From NCBI RefSeq assembly GCF_006345805.1, contig NC_042999.1, positions 86,614,001 through 86,678,000 of the forward strand: DNA of 64,000 nt, given 5' to 3'. Shown here in pieces: positions 1 to 11,434 of this stretch. The notes under the pieces are model-generated. The model did no database searches. It saw only the letters and a list, made by a program, of their open reading frames with translations, and was not told the DNA's origin. Numbering within the stretch: position 1 is the stretch's first letter; each line of letters opens with the position of its first letter. The DNA is from Octopus sinensis. Its lineage: Eukaryota. The translations under genes and the position numbers were made by a program.

Positions 1-776
1 AAGAACAAGTATTAGGTCGTAGAAAATGGTATTCAGTCTTCGGTTGTGTGCATTTGAGATAAAAGTACATAGATTTTTTTCAATGCTCTGGGCACATTGG
101 AGTTACGACCCTGGTTACCCGCATGCGGTTGGAATACCGATACTGGTTTACCTTGTGCGAGGTAGAAATGGCGACTTCATATCGAGTAAAAACCCGAGTT
201 TCTGTACCGTCGTAGGAGTCGAAAAAGTTGGAAGACTGGGACAACAGTTTTAGTATATAAAGAGCGAGACGAGGGAAACATTGAATGTAGTAGTATGAAC
301 CAATTGGTGTATAATGAGCAGAGATGGAAATGCGAAGGCTATCAATAATGACAGAGATATCGAAGACTATATAGCAGATGGTGAAGTAAAACAGATACAG
401 TTATCGGATGCAATGGCCGTGGCATTATCAAAATTATAGACCTCAAATATGGTTCACGAAGATATGAAACTTTATCATCGGGAAACTATAAAATACAATA
501 CAAATCTATGCATTAAGATGTTTTCATTACTGGTGTACACCTGAAGTAATTATCATTGTACACCCGCTATCAAAATATACAGGCTATTTCAAATTTACTT
601 TTGTTGAATTCATATATACAAGTATGTATGCGTTTTGTTTAGTACATACACACATGCATTTATATATATATACATACCCAAGATGCTATAGAAGTGGACA
701 CCTAAAATATTTTGCATCGAAATTCAAGTGTTAGGTCGTAGAAAATTTACTCTGTCTTTGGTTGTGTGCATCTGAC

Positions 777-819
<43 letters not shown>

Positions 820-820
820 A

Positions 821-2281
821 TCTATACGTATTGACTCTCGAGCCATTATTGCGGAAGCTGGCAACCTTGAGAGGCATCCCGCGAGAACTGGGATGCGGGA
901 CGAGCGTGTCTGCATACGCGGACGACGTCACCGTCATAGTGTCTAGCCAGACACTGAAAAACTACGAAGCGGTGACAGGAGCGAAAATCAACCGGGAAAA
1001 GTCAGTGGGCTTGCGACTAGGCACCTGGAGAAGCAAGCCCATGCCGTCCACCAGCGCCTCCGTCGTGGGACGCTGGACCGACGGCCCGGTTGAGTTGCTC
1101 GGGGTCTGGTTTGGTCCGGACCTCCAAGTGGAGAAGAACTGGAACGAGATAACGAGTAGGGTGGTCACTCTCGCCCGGCAATGGCCGAGAGGAAACTGTC
1201 CCTAAAAGGTCGGGCGGAGGTGGCGAACACGTACATCGCGTCCGGCATCTACTACCGCCTGACCGTCGTACCTTGTCCCGACCCTACCATCACCAAACTA
1301 CAACGCATTCTCTTTCGCTTCTTGTGGAAAGGATGCGTCCCGATGGTCAGGCGATCCATTTGCTGTCACAACACCCGTTAAAAGGAGGGCTGGGCATGCC
1401 GTGGTTGATGATGCGCAGACGCGCTGAGACTGAGACTGCGACATCTCTGGCTCTATGTAGACGACGGTGAACAGGTGTGGTCGCCGTTTGTGAGGCACGC
1501 TTTCCCGCAGCTCGTCTCCATGGACCGAACTGCAGTCGTGGATCAAAAAGAGGCCGAAGAAGGGCGAATGGCACCGCGAGTGTCGCGCTGCTCTCAAGCA
1601 ACTTTGCCGTCCTGGGTCGACCTTGAGTGACTTCAACACAACCAAAGCATTCTATAGGGGTTTAGTGGAGGGGAGGTACGACGACGAGCTCGGGGCGAAC
1701 CTGGACGTCGACGAGGAGTACCTGACCCGCCTGTTCAGGACGACTTTCGGGCCAGGACCCATGGACAACTTCCAGAGATCCCTGGCCTGGCAGTGCTACC
1801 GAGAAGCGCTACCCATTCGGGATAAGCTCTACAGACACGGCTCGAGAAACACGGGGCCGACCTGCCCGAGATGCGGTCAGAGCGACGAAACCGTTCTGCA
1901 CGCACTCGTGCAGTGTCCAACAATTTCCGACCTGTGGGCTTGTGTCGAACAACTGCTGTCACGTGTGGGACGAGTCGGTTTATCAGCTGAGTCTATCGTT
2001 AATATTGTCACGCCTCCCTCCTTCAAACGAGAAGGAAGAGCTATTTTCATCATCCTTGTGGCTATGGCGAAAGAATGTATCTGGTGGACGCGTCTGAAAG
2101 GATTGGAGACAAACACTTTCCCTCTGGTCAATCTCTCATCAACTTCTTCAAGTACCACTTGAAAAGGAAAGTGAGAGTAGAGAGGCAAGTTTTGTCTAGT
2201 GAATGTTTTAAAAAAAGATGGGTGAATGTAGCAAGAATGGCACGTATGAATGACGAAGCCACCTTGAGCATGATCCTATGA
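821..2281 (+). pseudogene. Reverse transcriptase / zf-RVT ORF2 remnant with several frameshifts
   Basis: Consecutive reading frames 762-1205, 1181-1381, 1273-1470, 1623-2162 and 2075-2281 join into one L1/Tx1-like ORF2 C-terminus. Confidence 0.85.
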
Positions 2282-2648
2282 ACCAGAAATTGAAAACAGA
2301 GAGTTGCTTATTGCAAAAAAAAAAAAGAAATATAACATGTGACTCCATTGACCGAGGTTACCGTGGTCTTTTCCGTAGGCTTTTCTTTCCACGGGTAAAC
2401 CTCACCTGTCCTCCCCTTTACACTTCATATTGACATTTCTGTGATAACGATCCCTATTGATCAACTTTTTTTCCCCTCTCCCCCCCTTTTTAACCCCCCT
2501 TTTTTTTGTCCTCTTTCTCTCCTTTTACGATCCCTTTTGCTCGAAACTCCCCCTTCCTTTTTTTTTTTTTTAAACCTTCAAAAGAAAAGCTCTACCTTGT
2601 AATTTGTTCTATCTGTGTGCAGCCCTGTGTGGCTAATAAAGAAACATA
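821..2648 (+). mobile_element. 5'-truncated Tx1/L1-clade non-LTR retrotransposon (3' half of ORF2 plus 3' UTR)
   Basis: Frameshifted ORFs 762-2281 give the RT motif AYADDVTV, KINREKS..LRLG, LLGVWFG, thumb LSLKGRAEVAN..YRLTV and GGLGMP, then zf-RVT CPRCGQSDETVLHALVQCP. Pyrimidine-rich 3' UTR with AATAAA at 2635-2640. Flanked by (TCTA)n and (TCTG)n. Confidence 0.9.
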
Positions 2649-2674
2649 TCTGTCTGTCTTTCTGTCTGTCTGTC

Positions 2675-2743
<69 letters not shown>

Positions 2744-2772
2744 GCCTGTCTGTCTGTCTGCCTGCCTGTCTG

Positions 2773-2816
<44 letters not shown>

Positions 2817-2845
2817 CCTACCTACCTACCTACCTACCTACCTAC

Positions 2846-2899
<54 letters not shown>

Positions 2900-2908
2900 G
2901 TGTGTGTA
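2649..2908. repeat. Compound microsatellite (TCTG)n(TCTA)n(CCTA)n
   Basis: Read directly. A (TCTA)n tract also lies at 779-825. Confidence 0.98.
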
Positions 2909-3888
2909 TGTATTCCTTTACAAATTAGAAACATCGCTAGTATTGTAAACATTAAAGACCGCACATACTTAATGCGTTTTGTTAATTCACTGGTACACTG
3001 CGATTTAGCGCGATGAGAACGACTCTCTCAAAGCATTGGGTGTTAAAACCCCTGAAAGACAATTCGCCACTGATCCCAGAAGTGATGGATACCTATATTT
3101 AACAAAAATATGTTTACTATGAACTTCCGGTAACGCATACCCAATGATACACAGTGACCAGCCGGAGTTAGGTGCTCCATACCCGAATACGTTTCCTTAT
3201 AACTTTCAGAAAAATGGACTTTTTAAATGAAGTTTTCCACTGATAGGATTCAGCTGGTGAAGATTCCGATTATATCATAATTTATTTCGAAATAAATTTT
3301 CAAAAAAAAAAAAATGCAAAACTATGACATGTGTATGTGTGCTATCTCTCCAATTTTTATTTTGTAATCTAGATACTCTGAAAGGTATTTGACGTAATTT
3401 TCTTTTAATGGTACTAATTTATTCAGAAAGTTATGAGGAAACAAATCCAACACGCGGGAATTTTCTGAAATTCCTCTTTCCACTCCCCGACTACATTTTT
3501 TTTTCCACAATGAATTGAAATATACGCCATCTAAAGTATATTTCTTGAAAATTTCAATACAAAATATACATTTTTCTGAAAATTATAAAGAAATAAAGTC
3601 GGTGGGGTACATCTGTGTATGTGTGCCTATTGCTTTAACATAAATTATGATAACATTATTTTGTTATTAAATATCTACGAATCAAATTGCTTCGTTTCAC
3701 TTTCATTTTGTATGCAACAAGATTTAGTGACATAACTGCATGCTATACATAAACAAAACATACACTTCTTCCGTTCGGTTTGCATGAAAAGGGTGACAAT
3801 AATGTGAATGAGATGGGCTCAAATTTCACATGTAAATATATATACATGCAAACATGCATATATACATATATATATATGCATGTATGCA

Positions 3889-3985
3889 TCTTTCTTTCCT
3901 TTCCTTAGCGTCTGCTAATACATTAGATGTACCACGTCCTCGCGTTGTTGCTTTTTCCTGTTGTTCTTTTTGGGGATTTATTCCA
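3889..3985 (+). mobile_element. Diverged 3' half of the ~210-bp hammerhead-bearing repeat
   Basis: Shares TTTCCT(T/G)AGCGT...CCACGTCCTCGCGTTGTTG with 6025-6075 and the reverse complement of 11190-11245. Confidence 0.7.
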
Positions 3986-4078
3986 CCACACACCATATAT
4001 ATATATATATATATATATACACGCACCACACACCACACACACATACATTATATATAGTGTGTGTGTGTATGTGTCTAT

Positions 4079-4111
<33 letters not shown>

Positions 4112-4321
4112 TATATATTATATATATAAATATATACATGTATATTTAAATATGTATATATATATTTTTTCAGGATTAACTAAAAAAACAACAAACGGAA
4201 AATATGACATACCTATATGTGTGTGTGTGGTGTGTGTGTGTGTGTGTGTGTCTGTGTACGTGTGTGTGTCTGTGTATCTGTGTGCATGCGTGTGTGTGTG
4301 TGTATAAATACACACACATAT

Positions 4322-4371
<50 letters not shown>

Positions 4372-5038
4372 TACAGATATATACCTTCGCTCACACTCAC
4401 AACGAAGTTTACTATGGAAGAAATATGAATGACAACCATAGAAATTTTGTTTATTCTGATTATTTCAAATATCTTCAAAGTACATGTTAGGGTTGCACCC
4501 GGATAGTTTGTATGACATTGAAATTGCATATTTATGTGTGCGCAGGCGCATACAATCATGCATACATACATTCCCACTCCGTCTGCGTATACATGCCAAC
4601 ATACACACACACCCACACTCACACCCGCCGTTTCATACGCCCTTCAGACTACCTCTCAAACAGCCCCGACTCACTACTGACCATCCCATCTTCGCACGCG
4701 TGCAAAAACACACATACACATACACTGCCATAACTACCCATACATACACCTGTCACCATAGCTGGTTTGAAAACTAAATCCGGATTTTGGTTAAAATTTC
4801 AGTTTATTGATTATTGTCATATTATTTTAATACGCCTGAAATTTTCTAAATAACCAAATAAATATGTCTGAGATGAAATAGATACAATGCACACTGTTTC
4901 TAGTATCTAAAATATAATATTTATTCCTTCGAAAACTAAGTTGCTTATCATTTATTTATTCACGGTTGGTAAACTTGTTCATCCATATTTTCATTCACTA
5001 AATTATATATTTCTTTCTTTTTCTTTTTTCTTTTACGT

Positions 5039-5302
5039 GTTTCAGTCATTTGACCGCGGCCATGCTGGAGCAACCGCCTTTAGTCGAGCAAATCGGACGA
5101 CCCCGGGCTTATTCTTTGTAAGCCAGTACTTATTCTATCGGTCTCTTTTTGCCGAACGCTAAGTGACGGGGATGTAAACACACCAGNNNNNNNNNNNNNN
5201 NNNNNNNNNNNNNNNNNNNNNNNNNNNNNNNNNNNNNNNNNNNNNNNNNNNNNNNNNNNNNNNNNNNNNNNNNNNNNNNNNNNNNNAACCGGTGATGAGG
5301 AA

Positions 5303-5339
<37 letters not shown>

Positions 5340-5400
5340 TCACACACACACACACATACACTCACACACACACACACACCACACACACACCACACACACA

Positions 5401-5446
<46 letters not shown>

Positions 5447-5521
5447 AAACACAGTGGGACTGAACTCGGAACTATGAGGTTGAACAGTAAGCTTCTTTAC
5501 CATACAGCCACTCCTGTGCCT
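5039..5521 (-). mobile_element. tRNA-derived SINE, type A (spans the gap)
   Basis: Minus-strand head AGGCACAGGAGTGGCTGTATGGTAAAG...GAGTTCAGTCCCACTG has A/B-box-like motifs. The 3' body matches 5634-5810 and 13690-13950. Central (CA)n tract. Confidence 0.85.
5187..5286. other. Assembly gap (100 N)
   Basis: Run of N. Confidence 1.
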
Positions 5522-5550
5522 ATAAAAAATAATGAAGTTAATTAAGTTGG

Positions 5551-5604
5551 GTCAGCCAGAAATCGAACTCGGTCTGCCCGCGTGCATTCTGCCACTGAAC
5601 TACA
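5551..5604 (-). pseudogene. tRNA-Gly-like relic or SINE head lacking the anticodon arm
   Basis: Reverse complement GTAGTTCAGTGGCAGAAT-GCACGCGGGCAGACCGAGTTCGATTTCTGGC resembles the D-arm and T-arm of eukaryotic tRNA-Gly(GCC). No complete cloverleaf. Confidence 0.5.
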
Positions 5605-5898
5605 TGTTCTTTTTTTTCATTTTTTCTTCTATTTGTTTCAGACATTTGACTGCGGCCATGCTAGAGCAACGCCTTTAGCCGAGCAAATCGCCCCCAGGAC
5701 TTATTCTTTGTAAGCCTAGTACTTATTCTATCGGTCTCTATTGCCAAACCGCTACCTTATGGGGACGTCAACATACCAACATCGATTGTCAATCGATGGT
5801 GGGTGAAAAGAGACAATATATATATACATACATACATATATATACATACATACATATATATATTTACATATATATATATACATACATATATATATACA

Positions 5899-6107
5899 TT
5901 CAAAATGTGACCGCGTGTGTACCGCTGGCGATTTTTTTCCTCTGTCTTCCCTCCTCTGGATCTTTCCTTCTATGTTTCCGACGAAGAGCTCCGCTCGAAA
6001 CTTTAGACCCTCCTTCTTTCTTTCTTTCCTGAGCGTTCAATAATACTATATTGTTCCACGTCCTCGCGTTGTTGTGTTTTTTTTGTGCTTTCATGTTTGG
6101 ATTAACT
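5899..6107 (+). mobile_element. ~210-bp non-autonomous repeat with a hammerhead-like core (Penelope pLTR or retrozyme-like)
   Basis: Same start (TTCAAwATGT) and end (GATTAACT) as the inverted copy at 11155-11370. Embedded in TA-rich microsatellite. Confidence 0.75.
5974..6008 (+). ncRNA. Minimal type I hammerhead-ribozyme-like motif (degenerate)
   Basis: GTTT-CCGACGA-A-GAGC-TCC-GCTC-GAAAC-TTT-AGAC: core boxes, 4-bp stem II and stem I GTTT/AGAC. The second copy has the canonical CTGACGA. Confidence 0.55.
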
Positions 6108-6138
6108 TTATATATATATATAATATTATATATAGATA

Positions 6139-6180
<42 letters not shown>

Positions 6181-6771
6181 CGACGCGCTTCTTTCAGTTT
6201 CCGTCTACCAAATCCACTCACAAGGCTTTGGTGGGCCCGAGGCTATAGTAGAAAACACACTTGCCCAAGGTACCACGCAGTAACACATAATACACACACA
6301 TGCACACACACACATACATATATGCATGTATATATGTGTATGTGTGTGTTTGTGTGTGTGAGTGTGCGTGCGAGAGCGTGCGAACTCGAGTCTACATTTG
6401 TTCTCTCGCACTGATTAGCAGCTGATGGGTTGTTTAGGGCCCCGTAACTAAGCGATTTGAGAAAGCGACAGCTAGAGACTGTACCAGACTTCAAGTAATT
6501 ATACTGAGGTAGGTCTCACGTAACAAACCATTCTAGGAACATGCTAGTTCCTAGTAAGGCTGCAGTCTAATGACTGAAACAATTAAACGAAAAACATATG
6601 TTGATTTCTAACATTGGCACAAAGTAACACGTTTAAATGAGAGTTTAGTTAATTAAACTGGAGAAGGCACTTGACTGGTACTCTATGTTATCGATCTCAG
6701 AAATAATGACAGTTAAATTCGATTTCAGCATTATTTAACCTTAGAAAGGACATAACAGAATACAAGGCTAC

Positions 6772-6996
6772 GTGCTGGCAGAAACGTTAGCACGCCGGGC
6801 GAAATGCTTAGCGGTATTTCGTCTGCCTTTACGTTCTGAGTTCAAATTCCGCCGAGGTCGACTTTGCCTTTCATCCTTTCGGGGTCGATAAATTAAGTAC
6901 CAGTTATGCACTGGGGTCGATGTAATCAACTTAATCCGTTTGTTTGTCCTTGTTTGTCCTCTCTGTGTTTAGCCCCTTGTGGGTAGTAAAGAAATA
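6772..6996 (+). mobile_element. tRNA-derived SINE, type B (young copy)
   Basis: GCTGGCAGAAACGTTAG...GAGTTCAAATTCCGCCGAGGTCGAC...GGGGTCGATAAATTAAGTACCAG. Near-identical to the reverse complement of 22971-23201. Flanking imperfect direct repeat AGAArGGACATAACArAATA. Confidence 0.85.
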
Positions 6997-7089
6997 GAAG
7001 GGACATAACAAAATATCACAGGGCAAGTTGCTGTTTTATTGATTCACCTACTCTACTGTATTTAGTCAGGGACCGCTTAGCTTAATGGT

Positions 7090-7480
7090 ACAGAGCACTC
7101 AGCCAGTATCTGAGAGGTATGGGGTTCGATTCTCCGTAACTGCCAGGTGACTTTCTTTGTTTTAGGGCGAATAACCAAGGAGCAGTTGAACACTGGGGTC
7201 GATGTTATCGACTTATACCACTCCCTTGAACTTGTTGGCTTTGTGCCGAAGTCTGAAACTAATATATACTGATATCTAAAGCGACTAACTGGCAGGATCA
7301 TTACCGCATCTGAAGAAATGCTGTCTTTACGTTCTGAGTTCAAATTCCGGCGAGGTCGACTTTGTCTTTCGCCCTACTCTGATCGATAAAATAATACCGT
7401 TTGAGTGTACTGGGTCGAAATAACCGACTTGTTCCCCCCCCCCCCGAAATTGATGGCCTTGTGACAAAATTTGAAATCAA
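7090..7480 (+). mobile_element. Two diverged type-B-related SINE copies
   Basis: Repeated CTGGGGTCGA / GTTCTGAGTTCAAATTCC / AAATTTGAAA(C/T)(T/C)AAT motifs. Confidence 0.6.
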
Positions 7481-7685
7481 TACATTACTGATATCTAACA
7501 TTGGTACAAAACCATATGTTATGAGGAAACATTGGAGTCAATTATATTACATTTAGTAGATAATTATATTACACCTAGTAGATAATTGGTAAATTAATTT
7601 ATCGACCTCGAAGAGGGAAAGGAAAATGGGATAAAACAGGAATCAAATCTATATCTCAAGTTCGAGGCCAGTCATATGGCGCTCA

Positions 7686-7725
<40 letters not shown>

Positions 7726-10403
7726 TGTGTGTTGTGTGTGCGTGTATGTATGTACGTGTGCATGTATGTGTGTATGTATGTATGCACATATACCACATAT
7801 GCACAGACACATACACATACATACATATACATATATTTACATATATATATATATATATATATATGCATACACATACATACACATAAACATATCCGTGTTA
7901 TATGCATCAGTCTTTGCGTCTGTGTTTGTCACTGCTTAACACCCTCTGTTGGTATATGTCTCCATCACATAGTAGCCGATAGACTTAAAGAAAATACTGA
8001 GGTTGATTTGAGGGAGTAAACTTTTCAATGTGGTGTCCCAGTATGGCCACAGACCATTGACCGAGAGAAATAAAAGTAACTGAAAATGTCACGTTGGTTT
8101 CTAACATTGGCACAAAAATAGAGTAGGAGTTTAGTAACTCTACCGAGAGAGAATTTCGCCGAAATTAAAGCCATTTCTTTGTTTAGTGAGTAAAGGCAGA
8201 TTGAGACTCATTTAGATTTTCCTTCACTCACGTGTGTGGGGTATGGTGTTTTAAATGAGCTAATCAGCGTGCGTGTTTCTGCGTGCCTGTGTTTGTGTGA
8301 GCGAGTGAGTGTAAGAATGTGAGTGTATGTCTGTGTGCATGAATGTTTGCGCATAGTAAGTCCGTTAAGCCAACGGTAACACTCCAGGGGTTGGGTGGGT
8401 AACTAATTTTCGATTCCCATCAGTATTTAATACACTTTACTTACGATACCAATGACTTTGAGAAAGGCATACATCTCACAACTTCTATTTTATCCACACC
8501 TTGAATTTCGTAGCTGATCTGCGGTTATTATTCAGAATTATCAGTTGATTCTTTCCTATCAATTCTTTCAAGCAAAGAGACATGCGCACACACATGCCTT
8601 ATATAACTAATTTCATTATTATATTTAGTCGACACATCCTCACAAATACATTTGTTTACATAAACCTCCAAATTTATCTACAACGAACAGGATTGGTTGA
8701 ATATTTTATCAACTGGGAATTGCTTATTTAGATTCTATTTTCAAACTTCGAAATATATATCTTCGCATACTCTCTTTCTTGGTCAACTAATTGCATCAGC
8801 CGCATAGGTTACTATGAGCACCAACTTTTCACAGCACTGTTCAAGTGAGTAGTTCATAATTTTCCTGCTATTAAGACTGTCATCTCACAATATGATATTC
8901 GTATCTGATTACTGGTGTGTACTTGAAATTGGAGGGCGTTCTTTAAAATAAACATCATTTGATAGACGGGTTGAAAGCGGTGGCGTATCCGCAAACAATT
9001 CCCCAATCAGTTCGTATACTTTCTACATCAACTTGATTACGTATTTAGCAGAGAAAATAATAATCGTTTATAAATGTAAGAATATATAAGCGAATATTAT
9101 CCATGAAATAATATGTAAACTGATTGGTGAAAAATATACTAGACGCGCTTTAGCAGCTATTTCAAACGTGAGATATTAGCCAGTCATTACCTTAAACGAA
9201 CCACCAGAGTAGTTACAGGGTGGTGAAAGTTTTCGCATATATCTCAAGAAAAGCTCATAAAAATCGAGAAGTAATGCAAAGAATGGCAGATGCTGTCATC
9301 TTTAATATTATATATATCAATGAAAGTTCCATTTCGGCGCCTATGTATTCTTTGACATGCATTCATGCATACAACATAGTTCCATCCCAACCGACATACC
9401 TATTCATACACTGACATATAGGCCTACGTATACATAAAATACTAGCTCACACACTAATGCAAATACACACGTCTACAATAGGAACATTGACAAAATATAT
9501 TTACCCATACATCAAGATATGCAATTATTTATTTATCTGGCCACCATATGAACGCAGGCTGTATCGTCTAATGAAGCAGTCAACTGAGAACAACTTCTTG
9601 ACATAGGAATGCAAACAACAACAATTTGACACTAACGCACAAGAAATTTAATACGCGAAATGACTGGAAAAACGTGGTAAAAACACAGATTTATTTCCGA
9701 TATTTGTTGGGCAAATCGGAGAAAGGAGAAAGCCATTGAGAGCAACAAGCCATTGAGTCAAAAGAGAAAACAAGAAAAGAAAAGAAAAGAAATATGAAGA
9801 TATTCCTCTCAGAGCAGCGAGTGTGTAACAGCTATCATTTCAGTCTCTAAATTTTCCCAATTCTTATGTTTGAGGATGGAGTTTGACATTTTAAATGATG
9901 AGATACAAGGTATGTGATGTTCATGCCTTTCCCAAATTAATCAGCCACATAAGTGAAGCTAAGAAAGATCTAATCACAGAGTGAAACCAATTTGTATGAC
10001 CAGCCCGTGAATGTCTTGCATTTATTGTAACAGCATTCGCTTCGCTTTTAGAAACATAAAACTAATTTTAATGCTGTAACTAGGGTTTTTTTTTCCGGAA
10101 GTTAGTTTAGTATTACTTTCAAAAATATTCGGTTAACATCAGCGAATGTTTCAAACCACTTCGGGTTGTAACATATTAGAGAGGCGCCAAAATGTAGATT
10201 TATGGTAGGAGAGATTCATTGATTGAGCACTAAAATTTTATATTCAGTATGTCAGGTACAAATCTTCTTCCTAAATGCACGCTTTACTGGCTTAGAGTAA
10301 TCTTAGGTTTCACATTGTTACATCTGGGTTTGCTATATAATGGTTTTCTGAGCATCAGGAAGCCATTATTAAGTATATCTTCATAGGCTAAATGGATTGG
10401 TTC

Positions 10404-10452
10404 TTCAACTTGCTGCTGCTGCTACTACTACTACTACTACTACTACTACTAG

Positions 10453-10500
<48 letters not shown>

Positions 10501-10527
10501 CACCACCCCACCACCACCACCACCACC

Positions 10528-10570
<43 letters not shown>

Positions 10571-10571
10571 T
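10404..10571. repeat. Compound trinucleotide microsatellite (CTA)n(CCA)n(CTA)n
   Basis: Read directly. Confidence 0.97.
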
Positions 10572-11085
10572 GTTGTTTTCAAAAGTTTCAAGCGAGTTTC
10601 AGCTGCACCCTCTGCTGCACCTCTGCTCAAGTGGTATGTGTGCGATGCAATCTGGGAGTTTAGAAATTTTGTTTCTATGTTATAAATATTTTGTTTAGGG
10701 ATTGCTTTTATTATTTCAGGTGTTTAATGTTTTGTCTTTTTGTTGTTTAGAATGAGTACAACATGAATTGTGTTGTTTCGTTGGATAGTGATTCTGTTTA
10801 TTTCGTGTATTTTGTGAGTTGTGTTATGTGATTTAGTGTTGGGTTGTGATTGTGCTGAGCATGTGCTGTGTGAGTTGTAGCATATTATTAGGTTGTGATT
10901 CTGTACACGATGAATTACGCGAATTGTTGGTGTGCTGCGTGAGTTGTGTTATTTTGTTTTGGGTGATATTTGTTGAGATCAGGGATGATAAAAAATGGTT
11001 GACTTCAACTTATCGCTGGGGACTGCAATTGCACAGAGTGCGTCGATAAAGTCTTATAAATACTTAAACCTTAAATTGTTCATCT

Positions 11086-11148
<63 letters not shown>

Positions 11149-11154
11149 GTATGT

Positions 11155-11370
11155 AGTTAATCTAAACATGAAAACACAAAGAGAAAACACAACAACGCGA
11201 GGACGTGGAACAAGTATAGTGTTATTGGACGCTCAGGAAAGGAAAGAAAGAAGGAGGATTTAATGTTTCGAGTGGAGCTCTTCGTCAGAAACATAGAAAA
11301 AGGAAAGATCCAAGGAAGGGAAGACGGAGGAAAAAATTCGCCAACGATACACACGCGGTTACATATTGAA
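11155..11370 (-). mobile_element. Second full copy of the 210-bp hammerhead-bearing repeat
   Basis: Reverse complement contains GTTT-CTGACGA-A-GAG-CTCCA-CTC-GAAAC-ATT-AAA (11263-11293). Aligns end to end with 5899-6107. Flanked by (TA)n. Confidence 0.75.
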
Positions 11371-11373
11371 TCA

Positions 11374-11434
<61 letters not shown>

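Larger units (their letters stand above)
5634..6281 (-). mobile_element. SINE type A interrupted in its central microsatellite by the 210-bp repeat
   Basis: 3' body at 5634-5810 and 5' body at 6180-6281 (matches 18570-18665 in the opposite orientation). Insertion at 5899-6107. Confidence 0.85.

Noticed and set aside
1298-2188. Minus-strand ORFs of 75-115 aa
   Set aside because: Antisense shadows of the GC-rich Tx1 ORF2.
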